Shown here piece after piece: positions 1 to 11,300 of a stretch of DNA of 60,237 bases. The translations under genes and the position numbers were made by a program. How positions within the stretch are numbered: position 1 is the stretch's first letter; each line of letters opens with the position of its first letter. The notes below the pieces were generated by a model. The model saw only the letters and a list, made by a program, of their open reading frames with translations. It searched no databases and had not been told where the DNA came from. Origin of the DNA: Perkinsus chesapeaki ATCC PRA-425 (taxonomy: Eukaryota > Protista > Perkinsozoa). The stretch is from NCBI GenBank assembly GCA_013115145.1, contig JAAPAO010000155.1, positions 1 to 60,237 of the forward strand, given 5' to 3'.

Positions 1-385
1 ACCACACCTAGTGTGCCGACCACTACACCTAGTGTGCCGACCACCACACCTAATGTGCCGACCACCACACCTAGTGTGCCGACCACTACACCTAGTGTGC
101 CGACCACCACACCTACGGTCCCGACCGCTACATCTACGGTCCCGACCACTACACCTACGGTCCCGACCACTACACCTACGGTCCCGTCTACTACACCTAC
201 CGTCCCGACTACTACACCTACGGTCCCGACCACTACACCTACGGTCCCGACCACAACACCTACGGTCCCGACCACCACACCTAGTGTGCCGACCACCACA
301 CCTAGTGTGCCGACCACTACACCTAGTGTGCCGACCACCACACCTAATGTGCCGACCACCACACCTACGGTCCCGACTACCACAC
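1..385 (+). repeat. 21-nt coding tandem repeat (PTTTPSV/PTTTPTV), about 18 units
   Basis: Units such as ccgaccaccacacctagtgtg and ccgaccactacacctacggtc are directly visible. Confidence 0.95.
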
Positions 386-936
386 GCACAGCATCTACCA
401 GTGCTGCGGCGACTCCAACTACAACGTCTCAACCCCTGTTCGGTGGGGATGCTGATACCACTACAACTCAGACTACTCCAGCGGCCGACTGCAATGCGTA
501 CTGCCTATCCTTGAATGGTGCTGGCAGTTACTGCAAGAATTGGTTGAGCCCTCCGGTTTGTCAATTTGGCAATCAGCCATGCACTCCATCCGACTGTTCA
601 GGGAGTGCTACTACGACTCGAGAGGCTGGAACCACTACCGAAGATCCTCTTTTTGGAGGAGATAGCGACACCACCACCGATGCTGGATTTGGTGGGGATG
701 CGGACACAACGACCTCAAGCACGTCTGCCGGTGTCCCAACCACCTCGCCGGCTACAAGCTCGACGACCACGACGTCGAGGATCTGGTCTCCCATGACAGG
801 CCCTGATGCAGAATGCGACCGTAACTGTATACTCATCAACGATGACCCTTCTTCGTACTGCAAGTACTGGTTAAGCCCTCCCGTCTGCCAGGGTGGGAAC
901 CAGCTTTGTGACTGTGAAGCTGCGACACTGCGGTAA
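1..936 (+). CDS. 5'-partial mucin-like protein, family A: PTTTP(S/T)V repeats, FGGD(A/S)DTTT motifs and two 6-Cys modules
   Basis: Frame is open from base 1 to TAA at 934-936. Modules CNAYCLSLNGAGSYCKNWLSPPVCQFGNQPCTPSDC and CDRNCILINDDPSSYCKYWLSPPVCQGGNQLCDC match those of the downstream genes. Confidence 0.85.
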   Translation, partial: TTPSVPTTTPSVPTTTPNVPTTTPSVPTTTPSVPTTTPTVPTATSTVPTTTPTVPTTTPTVPSTTPTVPTTTPTVPTTTPTVPTTTPTVPTTTPSVPTTTPSVPTTTPSVPTTTPNVPTTTPTVPTTTRTASTSAAATPTTTSQPLFGGDADTTTTQTTPAADCNAYCLSLNGAGSYCKNWLSPPVCQFGNQPCTPSDCSGSATTTREAGTTTEDPLFGGDSDTTTDAGFGGDADTTTSSTSAGVPTTSPATSSTTTTSRIWSPMTGPDAECDRNCILINDDPSSYCKYWLSPPVCQGGNQLCDCEAATLR

Positions 937-1760
937 TCTTGTCACGGATTCAGCCGCCGGTTAGCTCTTTGTTCGTATATATTTGGTTGGGGAATCCCCT
1001 CCCACGATTCATTATAGTCATTAATTCATTTTAGCTTTACTTGAGATCGTAAAACGATCCCTAGTCGTATCGGCTCTATTCTAATCCTTACATGTTGAGT
1101 TAGAGTATTTACCTGCGAAAGGAAACATGTGAAGAATCGAGATTGTTATGAATTCGGCCGCAACGAAGAGTAACGGCGTTACTGTAACGATTAGACTTAC
1201 CCTCTATGGCAAGGCTTGTCTCAAAACGGACGTACGACTGCACCAAAATCAAACGAAGTTACTAGGAGACAAAGCTCCACATCTGGAACATCGATTTTCT
1301 TTAGATTCTGGTACCACCGTGCGGACGCCTGAATATTGGTCTGATAATGGAAGTACCGCACTGCATCGGCGGGTGCTCGATGAGAACTGCGTGTACTTTT
1401 TAGGCGGTGTTACTTCCGTGACATACGAACTCACAGTGTATACTAAACTGGATTCTGTAGGACTGTCGAACCCAGAAGGCGCACGCTGCATGGCATCAAA
1501 TTGTTATGCATGCCAGCACCAGGAAGAAAGCGCATAGGGTCGCTGTCCGACCATTTCTTCCGATATCAGTTGGGACATCTCATATGGGAATCTTACGCAC
1601 GGACAATGTTCGGCATCTCGCTCGCCTCGGGTATCTGACACGCAAAGATACGTTGTGTAAATACAATTCCCGTGTATAGATGTCGGAGCTCTCCGCTTCT
1701 AGCGTTTTGGTAATATTTGCCCTTGCAGCTTGTTCCTATCGATTCTTCATACGCTAATCT

Positions 1761-4338
1761 ATGTTGTCCTGCGCGACTGCAATCTTATATATATTCTCCC
1801 TCCCTGGAAGCTACGGCGAACTGAGGCAAGCTCAAGCTGAAACAACGACTACCGTCTCTCCTTCCGAAGATCCGGATACTCAGAGGAAATGTGACTTTTA
1901 CTGCCAATGTAGGAAAACTCCCGTCTGACAATTGGATCTCGTTGAATTTTAGATGAAAATGGTCCGGCCAGCTACTGCAAGTACTGGCAGACACCCCCAG
2001 TTTGTCACGGTGGAGACCAGCCTTGCTCTGTCGATGACTGCAATGGTGAGCCATTCCACATTTGACGGTCATTGTCTGATATGGCCATCTTTTCTTAGTG
2101 CCCGATGGAGCTACCATCCCTCCGGGCCCTACACCATCTCCCGATGCCGCCGAGGTCTGTGACCGCTACTGCATGGTTCTCAATGGTTTGTCTAGCTACT
2201 GCAAGTGGTGGCAGTCTCCCGCCGTATGCCTCTACGGTGACCAGCCTTGCGGTGACATCGCGTCATGTGAGGCTCCCATCGTCGGTTCTTCAACATTCGA
2301 TCTGGATGGCGATCAGCATGCTGGTCCTTCCGCTGCTTGCGACGCCTACTGCCAAGGCCTCAATGGCGAGGAAAGCTACTGCAAACACTGGCAAAATCCA
2401 GCTGTATGCCTCTCTGGTGATCAGCCCTGTGGTCCTTCTATTTGTGAGCCAACCTCTACCACTCAAGCCATTTCCACTACGACAGCGTCAACTCCGAGTG
2501 TTCCTGCTACAACGGTAACCGTTGGAGGTGACTCTGATACTACTACTGAGCCGCAGTTTGGAGGTGATGCTGATACCACTACTGCCCCCTCATCTGATGA
2601 TGCCGCTGCATGTGATCATTACTGCCGATTGCTAAACGGTCATTCAAGCTACTGCAAGCATTGGCAAAGCCCTGCAGTTTGTCTTCATGGTGATCAGCCT
2701 TGTGACGATGCCGAGATCTGTCGAGCGCCCATCGTGGGAGCTACTACTGTTGACTTAGAAGGCGACCAGCACACCGGTCCTTCATCTGCGTGCGATGCAT
2801 ATTGCCAAGACTTGAATGGCGTGGAGAGTTACTGCAAACACTGGCAAAACCCAGCTGTGTGCCTTTCTGGCGACCAGCCCTGCGGTCCTTCTGTTTGTGA
2901 GCCTGCCTCTACCCCCCAAGCCATCTCTACTACGACAGCGTCAACTGCGAGTGTTCCTGCTACAACGGTAACTGTTGGAGGTGACTCTGATACTACTACT
3001 GAGCCGCAGTTCGGTGGTGATGCTGATACTACGACCCCAACTCCCACGGATGGAGAAGCATGTGATCGGTACTGCCAGTTGTTGAATGGCCCGAAGAGCT
3101 ATTGCAAATACTGGCAGAACCCAGCCGTCTGTCAGTATGGAGATGAGCCTTGTGGTGATGTTGCTGTATGCCGAGCACCTATTGTTGGCTCAACTACCTA
3201 CGATTTGGATGGTGATAAGCATGATGGTCAGTCCTCCGCTTGTGACTCTTACTGCGAAGGCCTCAACGGTCCGGAAAGCTACTGCAAGTATTGGCAAAAT
3301 CCAGCTGTATGCCTCTCTGGCGATCAACCCTGCGGTCCTTCTGTTTGTGAGCCGACCTCTACCACTCAAGCCATCTCTACTACGACAGCGTCAACTGCGA
3401 GTGTTCCTGCTACAACGGTAACCGTTGGAGGTGACTCTGATACTACTACTGAGCCGCAGTTTGGAGGTGATGCTGATACCACTACTGCCCCCTCATCTGA
3501 GGATGCCGCTGCATGTGACCATTACTGCCGGTTGCTAAACGGCCATTCAAGCTACTGCAAGCATTGGCAAAGCCCTGCAGTTTGTCTTCATGGTGATCAG
3601 CCTTGTGACGACGCTGAGATCTGCAGAGCGCCCATCGTGGGAGCTACTACTGTTGACTTGGATGGCGACCAGCACACTGGTCCTTCTCCAGCATGTGACG
3701 CCTACTGCCAAGGCCTCAACGGTGAGGAAAGCTACTGCAAACACTGGCAAAATCCAGCTGTATGCCTCTCTGGCGATCAGCCCTGCGGTCCTTCTGTTTG
3801 TGAGCCGACCTCTACCACTCAAGCCATCTCTACGACGACAGCGTCAACTGTAAGTGCTGCTGCCACAACAGTAACCGTTGGAGGTGACTCTGATACTACT
3901 ACTGAGCCGCAGTTTGGTGGTGATGCTGACACTACGACGCCAACTCCCACGGATGGAGAAGCATGTGATCGGTACTGCCAGTTGTTGAATGGCCCGAAGA
4001 GCTATTGCAAATACTGGCAGAACCCAGCCGTCTGTCAGTATGGAGACGAGCCTTGCGGTGATGTTGCTGTATGCCGAGCACCTATTGTTGGCTCAACTAC
4101 CTACGATTTGGATGGTGATAAGCATGATGGTCAGTCTTCCGCTTGCGATTCTTACTGCGAAGGTCTCAATGGTCCGGAAAGCTACTGCAAATTTTGGCAA
4201 CACCCTGCTGTCTGTCTCGGCGGTGACCAGCCTTGTGGTCCATCCGTTTGTGATCCCGTTACGACCACGACGACCTCGAGTATCTCCTCATCGGTTCCGG
4301 TAGCTACGACAGTATCAACCGTACTTCCGGATATTTGA
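1761..4338 (+). CDS. Secreted Cys-module/mucin protein, family A, 11 modules; exons 1761-1908, 1953-2045, 2099-4338
   Basis: ATG at 1761 followed by a signal-peptide-like MLSCATAILYIFSLPGSYG. GT-AG introns of 44 and 53 nt restore module 1 in frame with the 746-aa ORF. Confidence 0.9.
2599..4260 (+). repeat. 903-bp higher-order internal duplication (4 modules plus 2 Thr linkers)
   Basis: actgcccc at 2581 and 3484, and ggagaagca at 3052 and 3955, are both offset by 903 nt. The same architecture occurs in the second copy. Confidence 0.9.
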
Positions 4339-5201
4339 AGCTCTTTTTTTATTAACTCGACAAGCTCGATTGTGTAGCTATTGCTGAATTTTGTCGCTTA
4401 TCTCTTTGTTTATTAGTCTATATTATTCATATTTGCATACATCACCTTCGTATATATCTGTTCCACATTGGAACTCCATTCCATGATTCATAGAATCAGG
4501 CTTCCATAATGCGGGAAGTGTTGCGAACTAGAGTGAATGGCGGGTGTCTCGGGCTACGTCGAATGGCCACTCCGATGATTGCCGAATGCCAAGTCTAAGA
4601 GGATGCATTCACGTTACATCGCACTCTGGAATCCTTTAATACAGACGTGTTCTTCTGATTGATAAGGAACTGAATGACTCAATGCTTTAGTGTATAATCA
4701 TAACTATCTACTCGTGATTGACTATGGCAATCTTATGGACAGCCGCATATAATATTAAAACTCATCGCAGAAAAGAATGGTGCGGTCAAATAAGTGTTCG
4801 GTATCAACGTATTCTCATAAGACTTCTGCTCGCACAACTTTCAATATGTCAATTCAATTGACTCAATTGTCAGTCATTGGGCGAAGGATAGGCTGAGTAA
4901 CTGAAATGAAAGCATTTTCAAGTGTGACACGGAAAAGTAACTTCTTACCCGATCAGCAGGCCGCTGTAGCTTCTAAGGAAGAGCTACTTGTCAGCATCTG
5001 CAGGCACCTGCCAGCTGTCCTCCGTGGTAACACTACAACCTGAATATAGAATGGTAGATGGTGAATTGTATATAATAAAGACTGGAGTTTCAAGGGTCAC
5101 CGAACCACATGCAAGACTTGCCTCCGTCCTCCTTAGCCCCTTCCTTAGCCTTGAGAGTAAGCTTAAGGGTGGTCGAGTCACTGATGAGTTTCTTCACATC
5201 A

Positions 5202-5510
5202 TCACAGTCGCATAGCAAGACCGTGACTTGACGTTGTCCTTGTCACGTATAGCTTCATTCTGTTATTCCATTCCTTGGAGGGATTTGCCTCCACACCAAG
5301 CTCAACAGCATCACTCCAGGACTCCTCAATCAGTGGGCACAGGGACTCCTCGTCATCATAATACATAAGTTTTATATCTCTGTCAACAAGACAGGGCCAG
5401 GCAGTTCTAGCAAAGCGTTTGATGTCCTCTACACGGCACTCGCCATGGTCGAGTTCCATGCGGCAGCGGAAGGTCGCCGCTTTGAAGTGTAGTTTCACTG
5501 CATACCACAT
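5202..5510 (-). CDS. Small PB1-domain-like protein
   Basis: VKLHFKAATFRCR ... IKLMYYDDEESLCPLIEESWSDAVEL ... MKLYV resembles the PB1 basic first strand, the acidic OPCA motif and the final strand. Confidence 0.55.
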   Translation of the reverse strand: MWYAVKLHFKAATFRCRMELDHGECRVEDIKRFARTAWPCLVDRDIKLMYYDDEESLCPLIEESWSDAVELGVEANPSKEWNNRMKLYVTRTTSSHGLAMRL

Positions 5511-6512
5511 TTAGGCCGCTAATAGCAAGGTTAAACTCGTGTTGCACCCCCGCACTGGATGCGCATGCGTGCGAGAAATCGATCATCGTTGCGGTCAAAA
5601 AACTGTTCTACACTTAAGGCCGGAGCTATCGCGCGTTCTGCTTCAACTCTCGGGTGGCTAACGCGATAACGTGGTTGCCTTGCGATACTCGGACCGTCAT
5701 TCGTTCGCGTGTCCAAGCTGCGCCAACCTTCCTACCCTCAATATCTCATCAATGCCTATGAAACGCGCATCTCGTATCACCGCATCCTTCACGGCGCAAT
5801 CTCTACCGCGACATCGCAATCGCCACATCTCGCAGCGTGTTACCGAAAGCAGCCAACTCTGTTGCAGAGTTCCGTTAGTCCAAAGAAGCGGTTTGTGAAA
5901 AAAACACAGCATGGCAAGTTGTCATGCATAGGATCCATGAAACCCTGTTGTCATTGACAACAGGCTGCTGTCGACAGGTTTCATGGACCCTATTCAAGCA
6001 CTTACGGCGCCGCGGCGAAGCGCATATCACAGGTACAGGAATGCAGAGAATGACAAGCAGTCTGCTTGGCTTTCTTAAACTGGGACATCCAAGGACTTCA
6101 AGCTCTGCGTATCCCACAAAGTTCCGGAAACAACGGAAGAAATAAATCTTTCCGAAAACATAACCTATTTCACTGGCGATTAGTTGTCGCTGACAACCCA
6201 GTGATCCCTTTTATTCCTTGAGTAGAAGTTGAAGGTAAATCGTTCCACTAGGCTATAAGCCTCTACCCACCTTTCGGTGCAATGGCTTCTTACGGTACTA
6301 CACCGTGGATTTCTCAAGGTAACCCGTGGCACAGGCCTTTCACTCCCAGGATATCTGGAAGTCTCGCTCGCCACCCGGTGGTTGACACGGAAAGATACCT
6401 TCAAACCGCACAGTGCAGATACTGTCGTTCTGGGTGAATCAGTTGCAGTCTTCGCTAGCATAATTGTTCCATAATCAGCTTTTTGATATACATCTATCAC
6501 TCTTGCACTCCC

Positions 6513-9090
6513 ATGTCATTCCGGCTGACTGCTATCATCTACATATTCTCCCTCCCTGGAAACTACGGCGAACTGAGGCAAGCTCAAGCTGAAACAACGA
6601 CTACCGTCTCTCCTTCCGAAGATCCGGATACTCAGAGGAAATGTGACTTTTACTGCCAATGTAGGTAAACTCCCGTCTGACAATTGGATCTCGTTGAGTG
6701 TTAGATGAAAATGGTCCGGCCAGCTACTGCAAGTACTGGCAGACACCCCCAGTTTGCCATGGTGGAGACCAGCCTTGCTCTGTGGATGACTGCAATGGTG
6801 AGCCATTCCACATTTGACGGTCATTGCCTGATAAGGCCATCTTTCCTTAGTGCCCGATGGAGCTACCATCCCTCCAGGCCCTACACCATCTCCCGATGCC
6901 GCCGAGGTCTGTGACCGCTACTGCATGGTTCTCAATGGTTTGTCTAGCTACTGCAAGTGGTGGCAGTCTCCTGCCGTATGCCTCTACGGTGACCAGCCTT
7001 GCGGTGACATCGCGACATGTGAGGCTCCCATCGTCGGTTCTTCAACATTCGATCTGGATGGCGATCAGCATGCTGGTCCTTCCGCTGCTTGCGACGCCTA
7101 CTGCCAAGGCCTCAATGGCGAGGAAAGCTACTGCAAACACTGGCAGAATCCAGCTGTATGCCTCTCTGGCGATCAGCCCTGTGGTCCTTCTGTTTGTGAC
7201 CCGACTTCTACCACTCAAGCCATCTCCACTACAATAGCGTCAACTGCGAGTGTTCTTCCTACAACAGTAACTGTCGGAGGTGACTCTGACACCACTACAG
7301 AGCCTCAGTTTGGCGGTGATGCTGATAACATTACTGCACCCTCATCTGAGGATGCCGCTGCATGTGACCATTACTGCCGGTTGCTAAACGGCCATTCAAG
7401 CTACTGCAAGCATTGGCAAAGCCCTGCAGTTTGTCTTCATGGTGATCAGCCTTGTGACGACGCTGAGATCTGCAGAGCGCCCATCGTGGGAGCTACTACT
7501 GTTGACTTGGATGGCGACCAGCACACTGGTCCTTCATCTGCGTGCGATGCATATTGCCAAGACTTGAATGGCGTGGAGAGTTACTGCAAACACTGGCAAA
7601 ACCCAGCTGTATGCCTTTCTGGCGACCAGCCCTGCGGTCCTTCTGTCTGTGAGCCGACCTCTACCGCTCAAGCCATCTCTACCACGACAGCGTCAACTGG
7701 TACTGTCCCTGCTACAACGGTAACTGTTGGAGGTGACTCTGATACTACTACTGAGCCGCAGTTCGGTGGTGATGCTGATACTACGACGCCAACTCCCACG
7801 GATGGAGAAGCATGTGATCGGTACTGCCAGTTGTTGAATGGCCCGAAGAGCTATTGCAAATACTGGCAGAACCCAGCCGTATGTCAGTATGGAGATGAGC
7901 CTTGCGGTGATGTTGCTGTATGCCGAGCACCTATTGTTGCCTCAACTACCTACGACTTGGATGGTGATAAGCATGATGGTCAGTCGTCCGCTTGTGACTC
8001 TTACTGCGAAGGTCTCAACGGTCCGGAAAGCTACTGCAAGTATTGGCAAAATCCAGCTGTATGCCTCTCTGGTGATCAGCCCTGTGGTCCTTCTATTTGT
8101 GAGCCAACCTCTACCACTCAAGCCATTTCCACTACGACAGCGTCATCTGCGAGTGTTCCTGCTACAACGGTAACCGTTGGAGGTGACTCTGATACTACTA
8201 CTGAGCCGCAGTTTGGAGGTGATGCTGATACCACTACTGCCCCCTCATCTGAGGATGCCGCTGCATGTGACCATTACTGCCGGTTGCTAAACGGCCATTC
8301 AAGCTACTGCAAGCATTGGCAAAGCCTTGCAGTTTGTCTTCATGGCGATCAGCCTTGTGACGATGCCGAGATCTGTCGAGCGCCCATCGTGGGAGCTACT
8401 ACTGTTGACTTGGACGGCGACCAGCACACCGGTCCTTCATCTGCGTGCGATGCATATTGCCAAGACTTGAATGGCGTGGAGAGTTACTGCAAACACTGGC
8501 AAAACCCAGCTGTATGCCTTTCTGGCGACCAGCCCTGCGGTCCTTCTGTTTGTGAGCCTGCCTCTACCGCCCAAGCCATCTCTACTACGACAGCGTCAAC
8601 TGCGAGTGTTCCTGCTACAACGGTAACTGTTGGAGGTGACTCTGATACTACTACTGAGCCGCAGTTTGGTGGTGATGCTGACACTACGACGCCAACTCCC
8701 ACGGATGGAGAAGCATGTGATCGGTACTGCCAGTTGTTGAATGGCCCGAAGAGCTATTGCAAATACTGGCAGAACCCAGCCGTATGTCAGTATGGAGATG
8801 AGCCTTGCGGTGATGTTGCTGTATGCCGAGCACCTATTGTTGGCTCAACTACCTACGATTTGGATGGTGATAAGCATGATGGCCAGTCTTCCGCTTGCGA
8901 CTCCTACTGCGAAGGTCTCAATGGTCCGGAAAGCTACTGCAAATTTTGGCAACACCCTGCTGTCTGTCTCGGCGGTGACCAGCCTTGTGGTCCATCCGTT
9001 TGTGATCCCGTTACGACCACGACGACCTCGAGTATCTCCTCATCGGTTCCAGTAGCTACGACAGTATCAACCGTACTCCCGGATATTTGA
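6513..9090 (+). CDS. Secreted Cys-module/mucin protein, family A, near-identical paralog of 1761-4338; exons 6513-6660, 6705-6797, 6851-9090
   Basis: Same exon and intron lengths at an offset of 4752 nt. The signal peptide is MSFRLTAIIYIFSLPGNYG. Confidence 0.9.
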
Positions 9091-11300
9091 AGCTCTTTTT
9101 TTATTAACTCGACAAGCTCGATTGTATAGCTATTGCTAAATTTTGTAGCTTATTTTTTCAAACCTATTTACACTATACTGCATCTTCATGTCCATATATA
9201 TGGTCTTTGTATATACGCGTTCCACATTGGAACCTCGTCATCCCATGATTCATAGGATCTGGCTCTTGTGACCAAGTGCATTGGCGTTCTCGGGAGTAGG
9301 ATGCGAGGCCATCGGAGTCTCGCGGAAGCGGCCCGACTCGATCATGTGAATGATAGTATCGAGAACAAGAGAGGATGATGGGGTTAGTCTGGAGGCACAA
9401 CTTCTACAGACGTTTTCTGGTGCTTGGCGTCATGCGGATCTTTCTATTGCAAATCTATTCGACTCTAATCACATCGGCGACGTTGTTGAATGAGATGAGG
9501 TTGTTGAAAGTAGGCTCGAGTATCGTTCTGGCTTTCGCACGTTCGATGATCTTCGGCAATGCGATTTCGTGATGCAGCTCGGAGCTGTTGGTCCAATTGA
9601 ACGCGCGTAAATTATCACACTCGTGGTCTCAGGATAGCTCTGCTATCGCAAACCTTGTTTATACACACTACGAACGGCACAGGTACACCTCCTCGGGAAC
9701 AAGACTGTGAATACTACTGTCGAGAACTGTGTATTTAGAGGCACGTACCAATCGAACGGGAGTCCATCAGTTTCAGGTGAGGAGTCGGAATGCTTCCATC
9801 ATCCATTACTGTTTTTTTCAGAGAACTCTTTGATCTGTTTTACGTTCCGCTTCTCGACTCAAGGATTGATTATCCTCCGTGACATACCACAACATATAGA
9901 GATAACCCTAGACATCCAATGCGACGCCAGCACACCCGTGATCAGGCTTATCCCGGCCCAGACTCGGGGGTAGGCAAATCTCTAAATTAGAGGCTCTAAT
10001 ACGTTCATGGATCGAAGATTCTATCAGAATCTATTCTCATCGGCAAGTAGCTGCTATTCTCTGGCTATAACTTCGCATTCTATTTAAGTTCGGCGAACTC
10101 ATCAGATTTTTATAGTCTAGGTTTTCCAGCCCCCTGAAGTCACATCAGAAGTGTTCCGCTGCTAAACTTGGCCCGCCACCAGAGGTCATTCACGTGTTTG
10201 CTCGACTACTCGCTCCGCCTCCTCGAACGCTCAACATCTCGCCTTGTTTATGCCCACGATGTTCGCTGATGGCGATGGACCCTCCTACGGTAGCGGGAGT
10301 CATGGTAGGCCTTCAATTCGGGTAATCTATTCCTGGGGAATCTTCGTTGGTTCCCGATAGTGCTTGAATCTTCCATCTGTCACTCTTCAGGGACTTCACC
10401 GTTCACTGATATCTCTGACATGTTGGGTTCTTCTTTCCCTTTGTACTTGGACTTACCTTGTACTTGGGTTCACCGAGAGGGAAGATTGGCTAACTTTACG
10501 GAAGCCTAGCGAGTATTTTCCGAGTCTTCGTCCAAGGATCCTGCCCGCCCGCATCAGAGCTATGGCACCGGCATTCCTAGTCCGCGGATTTCTCTTACTT
10601 TGATGCCTCTAAACCAATTTACAGCTGGTGAACTTTGAGTGATTGCATGGCGTCTCTCAGCTCTCTGTGCAGCAGGTTTCAAATATCGCTCATGATATGG
10701 GCTTTGTTCACAACTATTTTGCGTTTCAAGTGTCCAAGTCGCATCACGAATCGTGACGCACGATTCATGTTAAGCCATTACTCATTTCGTTGGACGAAAA
10801 GGGAATACGTGAACCCATTAAAGAAGGCAAATCTATTCGGGTACCTGGAGCCCCACATGAAGGCGCCTGTTTATCTTTCACTTGCGGCACTCTGGCTGAA
10901 TCCTCAAGGCCGACGGTGGAGCTTAAAGCGGAATGATTTCATCCCACTTCAATAGTGCGGGGTATCAGCGATGAAGTCCTTGAAACGAATGGTCATTGCT
11001 TATCTCCGCCGCGTCTGAGCACTTGTAACAACTCAAGTCTAAGAAACATTACAATATAAAATAAAATCCCACAGCCTCCTCATACAGGCTTCTCCCAGTT
11101 CTTCTGGGATTTTCGAATAGCTCCGTTGTGTGGGGGAGTGATAACGGTCCGCCATCAAAGCCTCATAAAGAGTAAGGTAAGGTTGAAATATGGAATTACT
11201 ATCTACTGAACGATAGCCTATGATGATATCATTAGCAACTGCATATGTGATGGTGCCAACGGTGTCAACAATTGACAAGGATCACGCTAGGACGTTGATG

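Noticed and set aside
11-514. Shifted-frame and antisense ORFs over the mucin repeats (also 25635-26097, 29217-29615, 32015-32725 and similar)
   Set aside because: Shadow ORFs caused by stop-free repeats within real genes.
1148-1537. 129-aa ATG-initiated ORF between family A genes (also ORFs at 13942-14517, 24067-24546, 28428-28694, 30400-31025)
   Set aside because: No recognisable motif, splice support or paralog; may be non-coding or decayed elements.
5700-5957. Possible RTE-type retrotransposon remnant (NAYETRISYHRILHG)
   Set aside because: Only a weak single-motif resemblance; no RT core (YADD) or endonuclease motif nearby.
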